Of a DNA stretch of 64,000 nucleotides, positions 39,167-51,549 are shown one piece after another. The stretch covers positions 27,218,001 to 27,282,000 of the forward strand of contig NC_043018.1 in the NCBI RefSeq assembly GCF_006345805.1. Reading direction: 5' to 3'. Position numbers and translations under genes: made by a program. The notes below the pieces were generated by a model. That model was not told the DNA's origin. It did not search any database and saw only the letters and a program-made list of their open reading frames with translations. Origin of the DNA: Octopus sinensis (lineage: Eukaryota). Every line of letters begins with the position of its first letter. Within the stretch, counting starts at the first letter, position 1.

Positions 39167-39469
39167 GCGGGAAAAAGAAAAAGAAAGAGAGGCAGAGATA
39201 GATAAAAAGAATGGAGGGGGAGATCCGTTACTGCAGGGAAGAAAAGTGTCTTTCTTTCCTTCTTTCTTTCTGTCATTCTTTCCTTCATTCTTTCTTTCCT
39301 TCTTTCTTTCTTCCCTCTTTCCTTTCTTCCTTCTCTCTCGCTCGCTCTCTTTCTCTCTTACTCTACTAAATTCAACGACGCTGGACCCTTGTCGGCTGCT
39401 TTTTGGGAATGAGGCAAGGTATGTAAGATATGAAGGGAGCTATTTGGAGAATGGGGGCTGCCTGTCTGT

Positions 39470-39491
39470 CTGTCTGTCTTGGTTGGCGGGA

Positions 39492-39522
<31 letters not shown>

Positions 39523-40680
39523 ATGGATGGATGGATGGATGGATGGATGGCTGGATGGATGATTGGGGTAGATGGATGGATGGAGGGAGGGAGGAAGGGA
39601 AGGGAAGAAGGGTGGTGTTGATGGTGATGGATGAATGGTGGTGGAAGAGAAGAAAGAAATGATGGAAGAGTTCGCGGGGGTGGGGGTGAGGAGGAGAAAT
39701 TCCAGGGAGATGTAATGGTGATGATGATGATGGTGGGGAAGGCAGCGACGGTTGTGGTAGATGGAGAAGGGGTTGAGTTTGAGCTGCGAAGATGACGATG
39801 GTGGTGGTGGTGGTGGTAGTGGCAGCCGTGGCGGCGGCTGTGGATTGACGGGGTGGCGGTTTGAATCGTAAGGATGGCAATGGTGGTGATGGTTAAACGT
39901 GTGCTTGTGGGACGAGGGGAGGGGGGAGGGTTAAGTGAAGGGCTGGTAATGCTAATGGGGTGAGAGTGATGGGGGGCGGGGAAGCGGTGTAGGTAAATGA
40001 TGTCGCGGGTAGACATAACTGTAGTGGGGTAGGTTGTGTTGCATGTTGGAAGGTTGAGGCAGAAACGGGTAGAGGTGGCGGTGGTGGTAGAAGTAGTGGT
40101 GGTGGTAGGTGGAATAGGTAACACGGTAGCAGTTATAGTGATGTGGCGGCGATGGCGGCGCTGGTGGTGGTGGTGGTGGTGTGGTGGTGGTGTTGTGGTG
40201 GTGGTGGTGACGGAGGTGATGGCAAGTGAGGTGGTTACGGTGGTGGTGTGGATGGAAGGTAGATGGATGTGGCAGTGATGATGAGATGGTGGTGGTGGTG
40301 GTGGCGGCGTAGTAGTGGTTGCGATGGTGGTGGTGGTGACGACGGTGGCGCTGCGGTGCTGGATGATGGTGCTGCTAAGTGACAGGGCTCTGGTAGTAAA
40401 GTTTGTTGGTGGTGGCTGTGGAGGTTGTGGCTGTGGAGGTGGTGGTGGTGGTGATGGTAGTGATGTCGGCGGTGGTGGCCGTGGCGGTGACTACTGTGGT
40501 GCTTCGCGAAAGAATACAGTAAAAAAAAAAGACACGAATAACGAAAACAAAATAACAATACGAAAAAAGGTTTGGGATGAAGGTAGAGTGTAGTAAACAG
40601 TAATGGCGGATGGGTAACCGGGTAGAATTTTTGGGTAGCGGCGGCAAGAGATGGTGGAGGTGGCGGTGGTGGTGATGAGA
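39470..40680. repeat. G-rich low-complexity block (GGCT, GGAT, GGT, GAT repeats)
   Basis: Directly visible strand-asymmetric repeats. Confidence 0.85.
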
Positions 40681-40844
40681 AAACGCGGCATAAAAGGTGC
40701 TTCGGGGCATTCCTCAACAATCCAGACGAGGTACTCAGTAGCTGGCACTTTCAGACGCGAAGAGTATACAGCAGGGTGGATAATACCCCGGGTAGTCCAG
40801 TGGGGGCCAAATGCTCGCTTGTCTCCATACATATGCTTATAGCA

Positions 40845-40907
<63 letters not shown>

Positions 40908-41317
40908 CTGTGTGTGTGTGAGTGTGAGTGTTCGTGTGTTTGTGTGTGTATGTGTGTTTTCGCCATGGATATAGATACATACACCATGGACTAGTCCGAA
41001 GAAGGCATATAAATATAAAAAAAAACAACTCTCAGTAACAATAATGGTTTATTGACTTAGAAGGTTATAAATTTTTCCCTGTGTCGAAGTTCGATAAGCT
41101 GGAAAAAGTTATTCTACCGTTCACGGTTGGCAACTGGAGTTGCTATGAATGCGAATAAAAATCCAAATTTAGAGAACGGAGCAGGTAAAATCCAAGCTAT
41201 ATATGCTTCATAGCTAGCAGAATACCTCGGAAGTTGTAATTTCTCAACGAAAGGTACTCCACTGGCTGCTCACCAAGGCCGAATGTACCTTAGTTTAATG
41301 AAGGTTACATTTGCTTT

Positions 41318-41451
41318 CCAACCACATGATTCCAGGTTCAGTCCCACTACATGACACCTTAAGCAAGTGACTTCTACTATAGCCTCAGGCCGACCAAAGC
41401 CTTGTGAGTGGATTTGGTAGACGGAAACTGAAAGAAGCTCGTCGTATATAT

Positions 41452-41509
<58 letters not shown>

Positions 41510-41713
41510 TGTATGTATGTGTGCGAGTGTGTATGTTTGTGTGTCTGCGTTTGTCACCCCAACATCGCTTGACAACCGATGCTGGTATGTTTACGTCCCC
41601 GTAACTACGCAGTTCGGCAAAAGAGACCGATAGAATAAGTACTAGGCTTACAAAGAATAAAACCTGGGGTCGATTTGTTCGACTAAGGGCGGTGCTCCAG
41701 CACGGCCGCGGTC
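41318..41713 (+). mobile_element. SINE A, near full length
   Basis: Family A body and tail. Confidence 0.88.
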
Positions 41714-41718
41714 ATGTG

Positions 41719-41750
<32 letters not shown>

Positions 41751-41769
41751 CAGATATCGGTACGACATC

Positions 41770-42460
41770 AAATTTTAAAGACGGGAAAAAGCAGTACCCT
41801 TCCAATCTTTTACTAACGGCATTAAGTACTATTGCTAATGAGGAATTGGAATTATGTCTTTGACACACGGATTGGTTGTGTGCGTGGGAGAAGTTGGGTT
41901 GCTAAAGCCTCGAAAACCTATTCCGAAGTTTCAATCTGTCTGAGGTAGCGATTGGGATTCCCGCATGTGCCATAGTGTAGACATCCAGTTCGTATCTAGA
42001 TAGAGTATTTTATTTGTTAGGCCGGTGCATCGGGATAGTGTAGGATGTTCAGTTTATAGTAGTTAGCTCTACAGATCAAACATTTTCGGTTCTATTTATT
42101 CGACTCAGATAAAGCCCATTGACAGGGATTGTGTTCCTGGAATTAGAACGACTCTTGACCGGTGCGTAAAAAATGCATGGACCAGGTTGTTGAATTAGTT
42201 AAGCGGTAGTTGATGGAAACATGTAGTAGGGCACCTGAAGTGGATGATTAGCTTAGAGTATAGCGATAGCAACAGATAGATAGGTCAATTAATAAACAAT
42301 GGAGAAGGGGTGATTAATACAGGCATCGTGACAGACTTGCTAGCAGCAAGAATGGTGAAATGCGAAATAAGAAGGCTAGCATTGTCAGGGATAATATCCA
42401 TACACTAAAGAACCAGGGAACAGGAAATGTCTGAATGGCTGGACTGGCTGAGGTGAGACG
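41770..42460 (-). mobile_element. Possible decayed LINE C-terminal region
   Basis: Broken frames give LYLSRINRTEN plus H/C residues resembling a LINE zinc knuckle; weak. Confidence 0.3.
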
Positions 42461-42483
42461 AGGCAAAAAAAAAAAGTTGACTG

Positions 42484-42528
42484 TGCGCAAGGATGACACG
42501 CAAATTCGAGAAGCGTTCCATATTTTTT
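42484..42528 (+). pseudogene. U6: U6 snRNA 3' fragment
   Basis: TGCGCAAGGATGACACGCAAATTCGAGAAGCGTTCCATATTTTT matches the metazoan U6 3' end at 43 of 44 nt; the 5' half with the ACAGAGA box was not found. Confidence 0.9.
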
Positions 42529-42530
42529 CT

Positions 42531-42652
42531 ATAGGCGTAGGAGTGGCTGTGTGGTAAGAAGCTTGCTTACGAACCACATGGTTCCGGGTTCGGTCTCACT
42601 GCGTGGCACCTTGCGCAAGTGTCTTCTACTATTGCCTCGGGCCGACCAAAGC
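42531..42652 (+). mobile_element. SINE A head only
   Basis: ataggcgtaggagtggctgtgtggtaag ... gggccgaccaaagcc, then the match stops. Confidence 0.88.
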
Positions 42653-42659
42653 CACTACT

Positions 42660-43460
42660 GTCAACACCATCTGAATAGCCTGTTAGACACGCTCTGGCTG
42701 TTGATATGCAGACAAACACTAAAGCTGAGAGCACCATCTGCAAAGATCCCTAGACAGTGAACGTGGGTGAGCATTGTTCGTGTGAGATTTGTCTTTCTAC
42801 AGTTCGTTAAAACAAAGACCGAAACTGGGTACCTAACATCTAGAATGTTGTCTGATTCTCATCGCCCTGTACCAGTCAGATTACAAGATTGGTGGGTGAT
42901 ACACTCTGGTGATTTATAAAGGGTTAGTCGCAGGGACAAGTGGCGACGTCGTCGAGGAAAGAAACACGCTTGACTGATCCGGTGAACGTTCAGATCGAGA
43001 ACAACAATAGATCATTTCTAGAAGTCGTTGGACAAGTTACCGGTTCTACAGGCACAGAAGTACCGCTAGACGGCCAATCTGAGATGTGCGCAGAACGGAA
43101 GAGTTCTGTACGCACTTGTTCAGTGTCCAGACACTTGTGCTCACTTGTGCTGTTATCTCGAAGAGCTGTTGAGGTGTATAGGATGAATCTGACAACCATC
43201 CGAGTTCATTGTGATGAACTCCCCGCCACCCTTCTTTAACTGAAGAAGGAAGCCAGTTTTCCTCAAGTGGCTATAACGAAAGAGGAAGTGAAATGGACGA
43301 TTCTTATTTTTGTTACAACCTCTGTCGACTTTTTCCTCAAGATTCACTCTAAAGGAAAGATGAAGAGAGGGAGAGAGAGCTACTCCTGAGTGAAATTATT
43401 CAAAGGTGTGTGAGGGTGGCAAAAATGACAAAAATGGACGGGGCCACTCTTAGTATAAAA
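42660..43460 (+). mobile_element. L1/Tx1-clade LINE ORF2 3' remnant
   Basis: RCAQNGRVLYALVQCP (zinc-knuckle-like), YLEELL, FIVMNSPPPFFN, terminal CVRVAKMTKMDGATLSIKQ*; many stops. A second ETVLHVVMQCP-like piece at about 43530. Confidence 0.55.
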
Positions 43461-44168
43461 CAGTAAATAGAGCAACTATAGAAGAGGCCATTTTGAATTG
43501 TGGGTTTCTTCGATATATGCGATATGAGCATTGAAACCGTACTGCATGTAGTCATGCAGTGTCCGAATATTGAGAAGGAGAGAATCAAGAGGGTCACAAA
43601 CTCTTAACTGGAGGTCAAATGAGCCCAGCAAGGTTCGAGGAGCAGAAGCGGTAGAAAGGGCAGAGACAAAAGGTAGCGTGTCCGTGAACCTGATGTTAAA
43701 GCATATCTCTGAGCGACTTTATGCCAATCAATTAGATGGCCCTTTTATTGGGTATAGTCTAGAATTTCTGAGTTTTGTAGCAGTGGCAGCAACAGCAATC
43801 CCAGATGTGAGAGCAATATTCTACATTGAGGACCTTATTTGATTATTATGATGTCAATGATCGTTAGAACTGAGGTGCATATCTTCGTATAATTACTTTC
43901 GTAACTACTCTATCATTTTCACCTCTATGATTCTTTTTTTTCTTTCTTTCTCATTGTGTGTACGTATACGTAACACACTTTTGCTCACTGCCTGCCACGA
44001 CCCTCTCAGTATCTGATTCAGCAAAGAAGGGCCACTCTTCATGGTGCGAGTTTTACTACATTAAGGATGCGCTTTCGCTTGGAGAGATCTTAAGCAATGA
44101 TGCGACCCAAACTTAGGAGCGATTGTGAGGGCTTTAGATGCCTATGATTAAGAGGTACAATGACGTAA

Positions 44169-44555
44169 GGCGGCGAGCTGATAGAAACGTTAGCACGCCG
44201 GGCGAAATGCTTAGCGGTATTTCGTCTGACGCACGTTCTGAGTTCAAATTCCGCCGAGGTCGACTTTGCCTTTCATCCTTTCGGGTTCGATTAAATAAGT
44301 ACCAGTTACGCACTGGGGTCGATATAATCGACTTAATCCATCTGTCTGTCCTTCTTTGTCCTCTCTCTGTTTAGCTCCTTGTGGGTAGTAAAGAAATAGG
44401 TATTTCGTCTGCCGTTACGTTCTGAGTTCAAATTCCGCCGAGGTCGACTTTGCCTTTCATCCTTTCGGGGTCGATAAATTAAGTACCAGTTACGCACTGT
44501 CCTTCTTTGTCCCCTCTATGTTTAGCCCCTTGTGGGCAATAAAGAAATAAGAAAC
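44169..44555 (+). mobile_element. SINE B dimer
   Basis: Unit starts at 44217 and 44400 (183 bp apart). Confidence 0.9.
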
Positions 44556-44983
44556 GAAGAGAATTATAGTATTTCGTCAAAGAACACTAGTTGCCGGGTG
44601 GACATCCATTCGTTCCGTAAATCGGTCTTCACACTCAGTTTAATCTCCAGTTGCTGATCATACTTTTTTATTATCCGTGGACGTCGGTAAGCTCTGGATA
44701 TGGAGATCGTGAAAGCGATGGCAGTCCAAACAATGGATTACTTCGCATTATCTTATATGTCTTATATCCTTTATTTGTTTGAGTCACTGGACTTCGGCCA
44801 TGCTGGGGCACCGGCACGAAGGGTTTAGTAGCACGGTATTTGTTCTATCGGTTTCCTTTTGCCTAACCGCTATATTACGGAAATGCGAACAAACACCAGT
44901 TGTCAAGTGGTATTGGTGGATAAACTCATACACAAAGACACACGCACACACATATGTGTGCGTACGTGTGATTACACATACGC

Positions 44984-45016
<33 letters not shown>

Positions 45017-45167
45017 TTTTCCGTCTACCAAATCAACTCACAAGGCTTTGATTGGTCCCTGTCCAGAAACCATTTATATTTATGGTCATTCAAAATGTGA
45101 CCGCGTGTGTACTGTTGGCGATTTTTTTCTCTCTGTCTTCCCTTCTCTGGATCTTTCCTTCTCCTAT

Positions 45168-45202
45168 GTTTCCGACGAAGAGCTCCGTTCGAAACGTTAA
45201 AC
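45168..45202 (+). ncRNA. Minimal Penelope-type hammerhead motif (U4C)
   Basis: GUUU CCGACGA A GAGC-UCC-GUUC GAAA CG U U AAAC. Confidence 0.6.
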
Positions 45203-45653
45203 CCTCCTTCCTTCTTTCTTTCCTGAGCGTCCAATAATACTATATTTGTTCCACGTCCTCGCGTTGTTGTGTTTTTTTTTGTGCTTTCTTCTTTGGATTA
45301 ACTTTATATGTATATATATATTATATATGTGAGTGTGCCCGCGTGTGTATGTATATGTGTGTACAGCCTCCGTCTACTGAATTCACTTACAATGAATTGG
45401 TGAAGTAGAAGACACATGTCGGCCAAGGTGCTGTTAAGTCGGATTGAACCCGCACCATATATTGGATAGTCAGATAAATTCATTTCTTTCTTTCCAATGT
45501 TACCGTTCTTTCTTTCTTTTTTCTATCTATCTATTTATCTATTTATCTATCTGTCTATCTGTCCGTCTGTCTGTCTGTCTATTAATGCATTTAATAGACG
45601 ATATAAATGTTACTTCGCTGGTTGCTTGGTTAGTTGCTCTACATCGTATAGAG

Positions 45654-45926
45654 CAGTGGTACCCAAACTTTTTTCAGGCTGCCGCCCTTTTAACTCTCAG
45701 GTCACATCCCCAGTGCCCCCACCCCAGCTAACCATTACACACAAAGACCTCTTTCTGAAGCAAATTCAAAGCAACCGTATTTAACAAATAAATATTAACC
45801 TAACGAACCCATTATTTTGTTTTTACGTGAATCGCTACCCCTATTATAGCCCCAGTTTTCTGCAATACCCCCTTGGAACTTTCCACCGTCCTAGGGGAGT
45901 AATACTGCCCACTTCGGGAACTACTG
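45654..45926. mobile_element. hAT MITE, 273 bp
   Basis: TIRs CAGTGGTACCCAAACT / CAGTAGTTCCCGAAGT; perfect 8-bp TSD GTATAGAG (45646-45653 and 45927-45934). Confidence 0.9.
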
Positions 45927-46189
45927 GTATAGAGCCAATGGTAAAGAGAGTAAAAGAGAGATAAGGAAAGTGCTAACTTAAGAGGACAAGATGAGTGCGC
46001 ACACTAGGCATAATGGCAGGCAATGAGTAAAAGAACGCTAGACACCGATAAACAAAATGAGAAAGAAAGAAAGAAAGAAAGAGAATCATAGAGACGAAGG
46101 AGAGGGATAAATAACAAGTAATTATGAGAGGAGTTATGCAAATGAAAAAATTGTCATATTAAATTTAATTTAAAGAAAGAAATATTTGA

Positions 46190-46500
46190 TATGGCCCTGA
46201 AAGTGTCAACTGAACTTCTGCTGCAATTCAGAAACTGGAAGTCTGTCAGAAGCGTGTAATGCGACTTAAGTCAGAATTAAAGATCTAAGATAAATAGCCG
46301 AATTACAGCTGATCATCACTTCTATCATCAAAGATAAATTAGCCAAACTGCTGGGCCACACTAAACGAATGGTTTGTGACATCAGCAAGATCTCTTTGGA
46401 GGGCATGATTAATGGATAGAGGAACAGAGATCGGTAACATAGAGATGGAGAGGTAACATCAGAGCATGATCAGGTCTTGACATAGTTTCACCTAAACACT
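46190..46500 (+). mobile_element. RTE-clade LINE 3' remnant
   Basis: KLLGHTKRMVCDISKISLEGMING*RNRDR resembles RTE YFGHI.R...K.ILEG.VEG.R.RGR. Confidence 0.5.
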
Positions 46501-46860
46501 CTTACCAAAGATCGAATACTATAGAGGGAAATATCTCATGCCGGGGCGTATTTTGCAGCAGGCAGAGATAGCGGAAAGTGATAATGAGTAAATATTTTCT
46601 TCTTGAAAATTACTCTTCATACCATCCGTCTGGATAAGCATTTGATAAAAAAGTTATTAGCATTACTCAATCTGTGACAAGGCACTACCTTTGGAATTAA
46701 GGCAAAATCCTCTTCTACACAGTTTCATTCTCCGCCGTTTTACTCACAAGTTATGGATGGACCAAAGCTATAAAAAATGGCATCTGCCAGAGATACCACG
46801 CAGCAGGATCGAACTCTGAAATGTGTATTTGAGAAGCGAACATTTTAACAGTTCAACCGT

Positions 46861-46902
<42 letters not shown>

Positions 46903-46960
46903 GTGTGTGCGTGTGTGTGTGTGTGTGTGCGTGCGGGCGTGTGTGTGTATGCTTATACGT

Positions 46961-47183
46961 GGAGGTGCCTGGTTTAGTGGTTAGAGTATTGGACCCATGA
47001 TCGTAAGATTGAGGTTTCCGTTCCTGGAGCGGACGATCCGTTTTCTTCTTGAGCAAAAATGAGTAATCAGCAGGCAAAAATGATTAATCCTGCGACCAAC
47101 TGGTGTCCCGTCCAATGGAAGGTTATATACACCTCAGAATCTAGGAAACCGGCCTCATAAGCCTTATGACATGAGAAGGACCT
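46961..47183 (+). mobile_element. SINE with C-like head and tail type 2
   Basis: tRNA-like head, cttgagcaaaaatgagta, then cctgcgacc...gtcccgtcca...ggaaaccggcc. Confidence 0.65.
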
Positions 47184-47223
47184 TTGATCCTTTTTGATAT
47201 GTTTATATATTACACTTCAATTT

Positions 47224-47316
47224 TGAAGCTCTGATGAAGCTGTAAGGTGTTACTCAAGCAATCAACAGAGTCCACTGCACCTTATAGCGGAAACATCTCT
47301 AAGCTAATGTACTTCA
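47224..47316 (+). ncRNA. Decayed hammerhead-like motif with long stem II
   Basis: CUGAUGA, 11-bp stem GCUGUAAGGUG/CACCUUAUAGC, then GGAAAC; stem III is broken. Confidence 0.35.
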
Positions 47317-47493
47317 TAAGATAATCGTTTATTCCTTTCTCATCTCTTCTTTTATTCTGTCTATATGTGTGTGAGTGTGTGTGTGTGTGTGTGTGGTGTG
47401 TGTGTATACGACGGTATTCTTTCAGTTTCCGTCTACCAAATCCAATCACAAGTCTTTGGTTGGCCCGAGGCTATAGTAGAGGACATATGCCCA

Positions 47494-47545
<52 letters not shown>

Positions 47546-48419
47546 TGTGTGCGTATGTATAAAGAATCGGTGAAGCTTCCACTTCGTTCGGATACTCTAG
47601 CACTAAAATTTGAAATAGATACAAATTTTTATGATGGCCGCCGTTAGAAAGTGTTTGCGCATAGGTTGTCTGGTCCACCAGCGCTGACCGAGTGTTAAAC
47701 AACAACAACAACAACAATAACATCAATAACTTGTGATCGGTATCTACAACAGCCGAATTTTGTCTGTGTCTGCCTTGGCACAATGTCACCATCTTCATCT
47801 CGAAGAATGTTCTCCAAATTTTTTTTTTACCTTCAAATACGAAATCGTTCTGGAATAACTGCACGAAGAAAAAAAATGTCCGTTTTCAACATCTCCCTGA
47901 AGTAATGAAGTGATAACGAAAGACTGATAGTTGTCAAATAATGATAAACTCCTCTTCCTCCTCCTTCCCTCACCCTCTCTCTCTTTCATAGACTCATTCA
48001 CACGCATTCACATACAACACATGCTCTCACCCATCTCTCGTTGATGACACTGTTTAGAGAGAGTAGATATTGGAAGACCGTGGTTATTCAAATTCCTCAT
48101 TCAAAATTCGTTTCTTCGAAAACTTAGTCCGCTTCCCTGGTTTCCATGACGTATAAGCGATCGAGATCACACCGTTCCCTCCAAAATGGATACCGGGCCG
48201 TTCCAGGGGTCAAAGCTGGTAATTTTGATGGGAGAGGGAAATAGTTAATTACACTGAACCCAGTACTTGATTGGTTCCTTTTTTTCTTTTTTTCTTTTTT
48301 GATCGGATCCGAATTATAAAAGATGAAGTCGACATCGGTGTGATTTGAACTCAGCGTAGGGAGAAATATCGTTAAACATTTTGTCAAACATGCTACCGAT
48401 TCTGCCAACTCGTTAACTT

Positions 48420-48716
48420 AGAGTATTGATTTCAAATGTTGATACAAGGTCATCGATTTCAGATGTTGGCATGAGGTCATCGATTTAGGAGGTAAGTCGA
48501 TTATATTGACCGCAGTACTCAACTGGTACTTATTTTATCAACCCAGGAAGGCAAAGTCGGCCTTGGTGGAATTTGAACTCAGAACATAAAGACTGACGAG
48601 ATACCTATTTCTATTTCCTTACGACCTCGGCAGAATTTGAACTCAGAACGTAACGGCAGACGAAATACGGCTACGCATTCCGCCCGGCGTGCTAACGTTT
48701 CTGCCAGTTCGCCGCC
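48420..48716 (-). mobile_element. SINE B multimer
   Basis: Head ends gccgcc at 48716; repeated units; another diverged unit at 48240-48420. Confidence 0.75.
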
Positions 48717-48831
48717 TTGTAACATTAATTTAGTCATAATTATTTTACATTTAATTAAGTTTATACTTAAAAAATATTCAGGTATTATTATCCACGATTC
48801 GGACTATTCATTTTCATAATTTTTTATTCAT

Positions 48832-48978
48832 ATAGGCGCAGACGTGGGTGTGCGGTAAGAAATTCACTTCCCAACCACATGGTTCCGGGTTCAGTCCCAC
48901 TGCCTGGCAACTTGGCTCAACCACAGCCTTGTGAATGGATTTTGTCGACGGAAACTGAAAGAAGCTCGTATACACACA

Positions 48979-49010
<32 letters not shown>

Positions 49011-49018
49011 TATATATA

Positions 49019-49051
<33 letters not shown>

Positions 49052-49260
49052 GAATGAGTATCTATGTTTGTAGCCCTTCCACCGCTTGACAACTGGTGTT
49101 GGTGTGTTTATGTCCCCGTCACCTAGCGATTCGGCAAAAGAAATCGATAGACTAAGTACCAGGCTTAAAATTAAAAAAATCCTGGGGTCGATACATTAGA
49201 CTATAAATTCTTCAAGGCGGTGCCCCAGCATGGTCGCAGTCTGAAACAAGCAAATGGTAA
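48832..49260 (+). mobile_element. SINE A, near full length, diverged
   Basis: Head, internal (TA)n and tail present. Confidence 0.8.
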
Positions 49261-49339
49261 AATATAAAAGATGTATGTGTACGCGCGTGTAAGTAGGTGT
49301 GCGTGTGTGGGTGGGAGGGTGTGCGCATACGTGTTTTAC

Positions 49340-49550
49340 TTGTCCATCATAGTGGTGGGGGTGGGATAGGTTCGATCCCGCGAAGCCGTATCGAAGTCAA
49401 TTTGGTGGCTTTGGATAAAGAGGGCAACAGACCATTGGTTTATTGCTTCTGAGATGGAAGATCGGAATTCTTCAACCCAAACTGGGTCAACCAGGCGAAG
49501 AAGTCTGATATTGAAAGATCCGAAGCCATTTACAAACCCCCAACGTGTCC
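49340..49550 (-). mobile_element. Possible R2/NeSL-type reverse transcriptase fragment
   Basis: RWGFVNGFGSFNIRLL...VALFI...DFDTAS resembles QRGF...C.EN..LL...VAF.DL.KAFDTVS; weak. Confidence 0.35.
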
Positions 49551-49655
49551 GGAACATCACTAATGGGGCTTCCCAGAGCAGGTGGGGAACCTATACGCCA
49601 AGAAAACCGGGGAACCGGCCCTAGGCTCTACAAGGGGCAAAAAGGATTAAGAAGA

Positions 49656-49736
<81 letters not shown>

Positions 49737-49879
49737 TATACGACGGGCTTGTTCTAGTTTCGTCAACCAAGTCCACTCGCGAGGCTTTGGTTGGCCCGAG
49801 GCTATAGAAGACACGCAGTGGGACTGAACCCGGAACCATGTGGTTTCGAATCAAGCTTCTTACCACACTGCTACGTCTT

Positions 49880-49941
<62 letters not shown>

Positions 49942-49954
49942 CTATATATATATT

Positions 49955-50193
49955 CTTTTGCCCCTTATAGATCCTAGGGCCGGTTCCCGGTTTCCTTGGC
50001 GTATATTTTCTCCACCTGGATGGGACACCGGTCCGTCGTAGGTGAGCAGCAAGATGCAGGAGGAAAGAGTGAGGGAAAGTTGTGGCGAAAGAGTCAGCAG
50101 AAGTTCGTTATTACCTTCTACCCGGTCTGAGATTCGAACCCGCGATCCCTCGACCGCGAATCCGCTGCTCTAACCGCTAAGCTATGTGCTTCC
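49955..50193 (-). mobile_element. SINE D head with tail type 2
   Basis: Head ggaagcacatagcttagcggttagagcagcggattcgcgg; tail cctacgacggaccggtgtcccatccagg...ggaaccggccctagg; a solo tail lies at 49575-49650. Confidence 0.8.
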
Positions 50194-50394
50194 ACTCATA
50201 TATATATATATTCATTTCGACATTTGACGCGAACCAATGTCGATTCGGTGGAGTGATCGAGCTAATATTCAGCACGAGATATTTGATCACAATAAACAGA
50301 TAATCTGTGCAGGTTGTCCAGCCTGAAATTGCGGACCTCTTATCTTGAGTTCAATGAGGTTTGAAAAATGTGCTACAGAAACAAACGGTAACTC

Positions 50395-51453
50395 ATAACT
50401 ATTTTCTTCTCTTGGCACAAGACCTGAAAATGTTGTTGGGAAGAGATTAGTCGATTCCATCGACCCCACCACCACCACCCATTACTCCACTGGTACTTAT
50501 TTTGCTGCCCCCCCCACCACTACCACCACCGAAAGGATAAAAGGCAAAGTCGACATTGGCGGAATTTGAACTCAGAACGTGTAAAGACAAGTGAAATGCC
50601 GCTAAGCATTTTGTATGCCGTGCTAGCGGCATTTCGTTGACCGTTATCAATTCACCGCAGAGAAAGGTCACCGGACGAATTTTGGGGCATATTTTTTCAA
50701 CTTCATTTTCCTTCCTTTTTATAATAAAATAGTTTATAAATATTGATGGAGAGATACGATGGATATATTTTCTCGGTCAACTTTTCTCGTAGTGAACATT
50801 CTTCATGGTGAACTTCATGGCAAAGTCGACATTGGCGGAATTTGAACTCAGAACGTAGCGATGAACGAAACACTGCTAACCATTTCGCCCGGCGTGTTAA
50901 CGTTTCTTATTTCTTTACTGCTCACAAGGGGCTACACACAGAGGGGACAGACAAGGACAGACAAACGGATTAAGTCGATTATATCGACCCCAGTGCGTAA
51001 CTGGTACTTATTTAATCGACCCCGAAAGGATGAAAGGCAAAGTCGACCTCGGCGGAATTTGTACTCAGAACGTGGCGGCAGACGAAATACTGCTAAGCAT
51101 TTTGCCCGGCGTGCTAACGTTTCTGCCAGTTCACCGCCTTAAAGGAAACAGAGAGATGAGATGAATATATTCTTTTCTACTCTAGGCACAAGGCCCGAAA
51201 TTTTTTGGGAGGGAGCCAGTCGATTCTTATTTATTTACTGCCCACAAAGGGCTACACACAGAGGGGATAAACAAGGACAGAGAAACGGATTAAGTCGATT
51301 CGACCCCTATACGCAACTGGTACTTAATTTATCAACCCCGAAAAGATGAAAGGAAAAGTCAACCAAGCGCGATTCGAACTCAGATCGTAGCGACAGACGA
51401 AATACCGCTATGTATTTCGTCCAGCGTGCTAACGATTCTACCAACTCGTCGCC
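50395..51453 (-). mobile_element. Cluster of SINE B copies and multimers
   Basis: Three or more heads and five or more body units, all on the minus strand. Confidence 0.85.
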
Positions 51454-51549
51454 TTTGCCTTGTAACTAATAATAGATTTGTGTTGTATTCACACTTTGCT
51501 CTCTTACTTATCTGTTTCTGGTTCGTAAAAAATCTAGCAATCCGGTAGC

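Noticed and set aside
39372-40832. Pro/His/Thr-rich ORFs and a short GC-richer island at 40680-40810
   Set aside because: Low-complexity translations; no frame of the island resembled a known domain.
47835-47865. PERF tetrapeptide on the minus strand
   Set aside because: A stop follows two codons later, and about one chance hit is expected in six frames of 64 kb.
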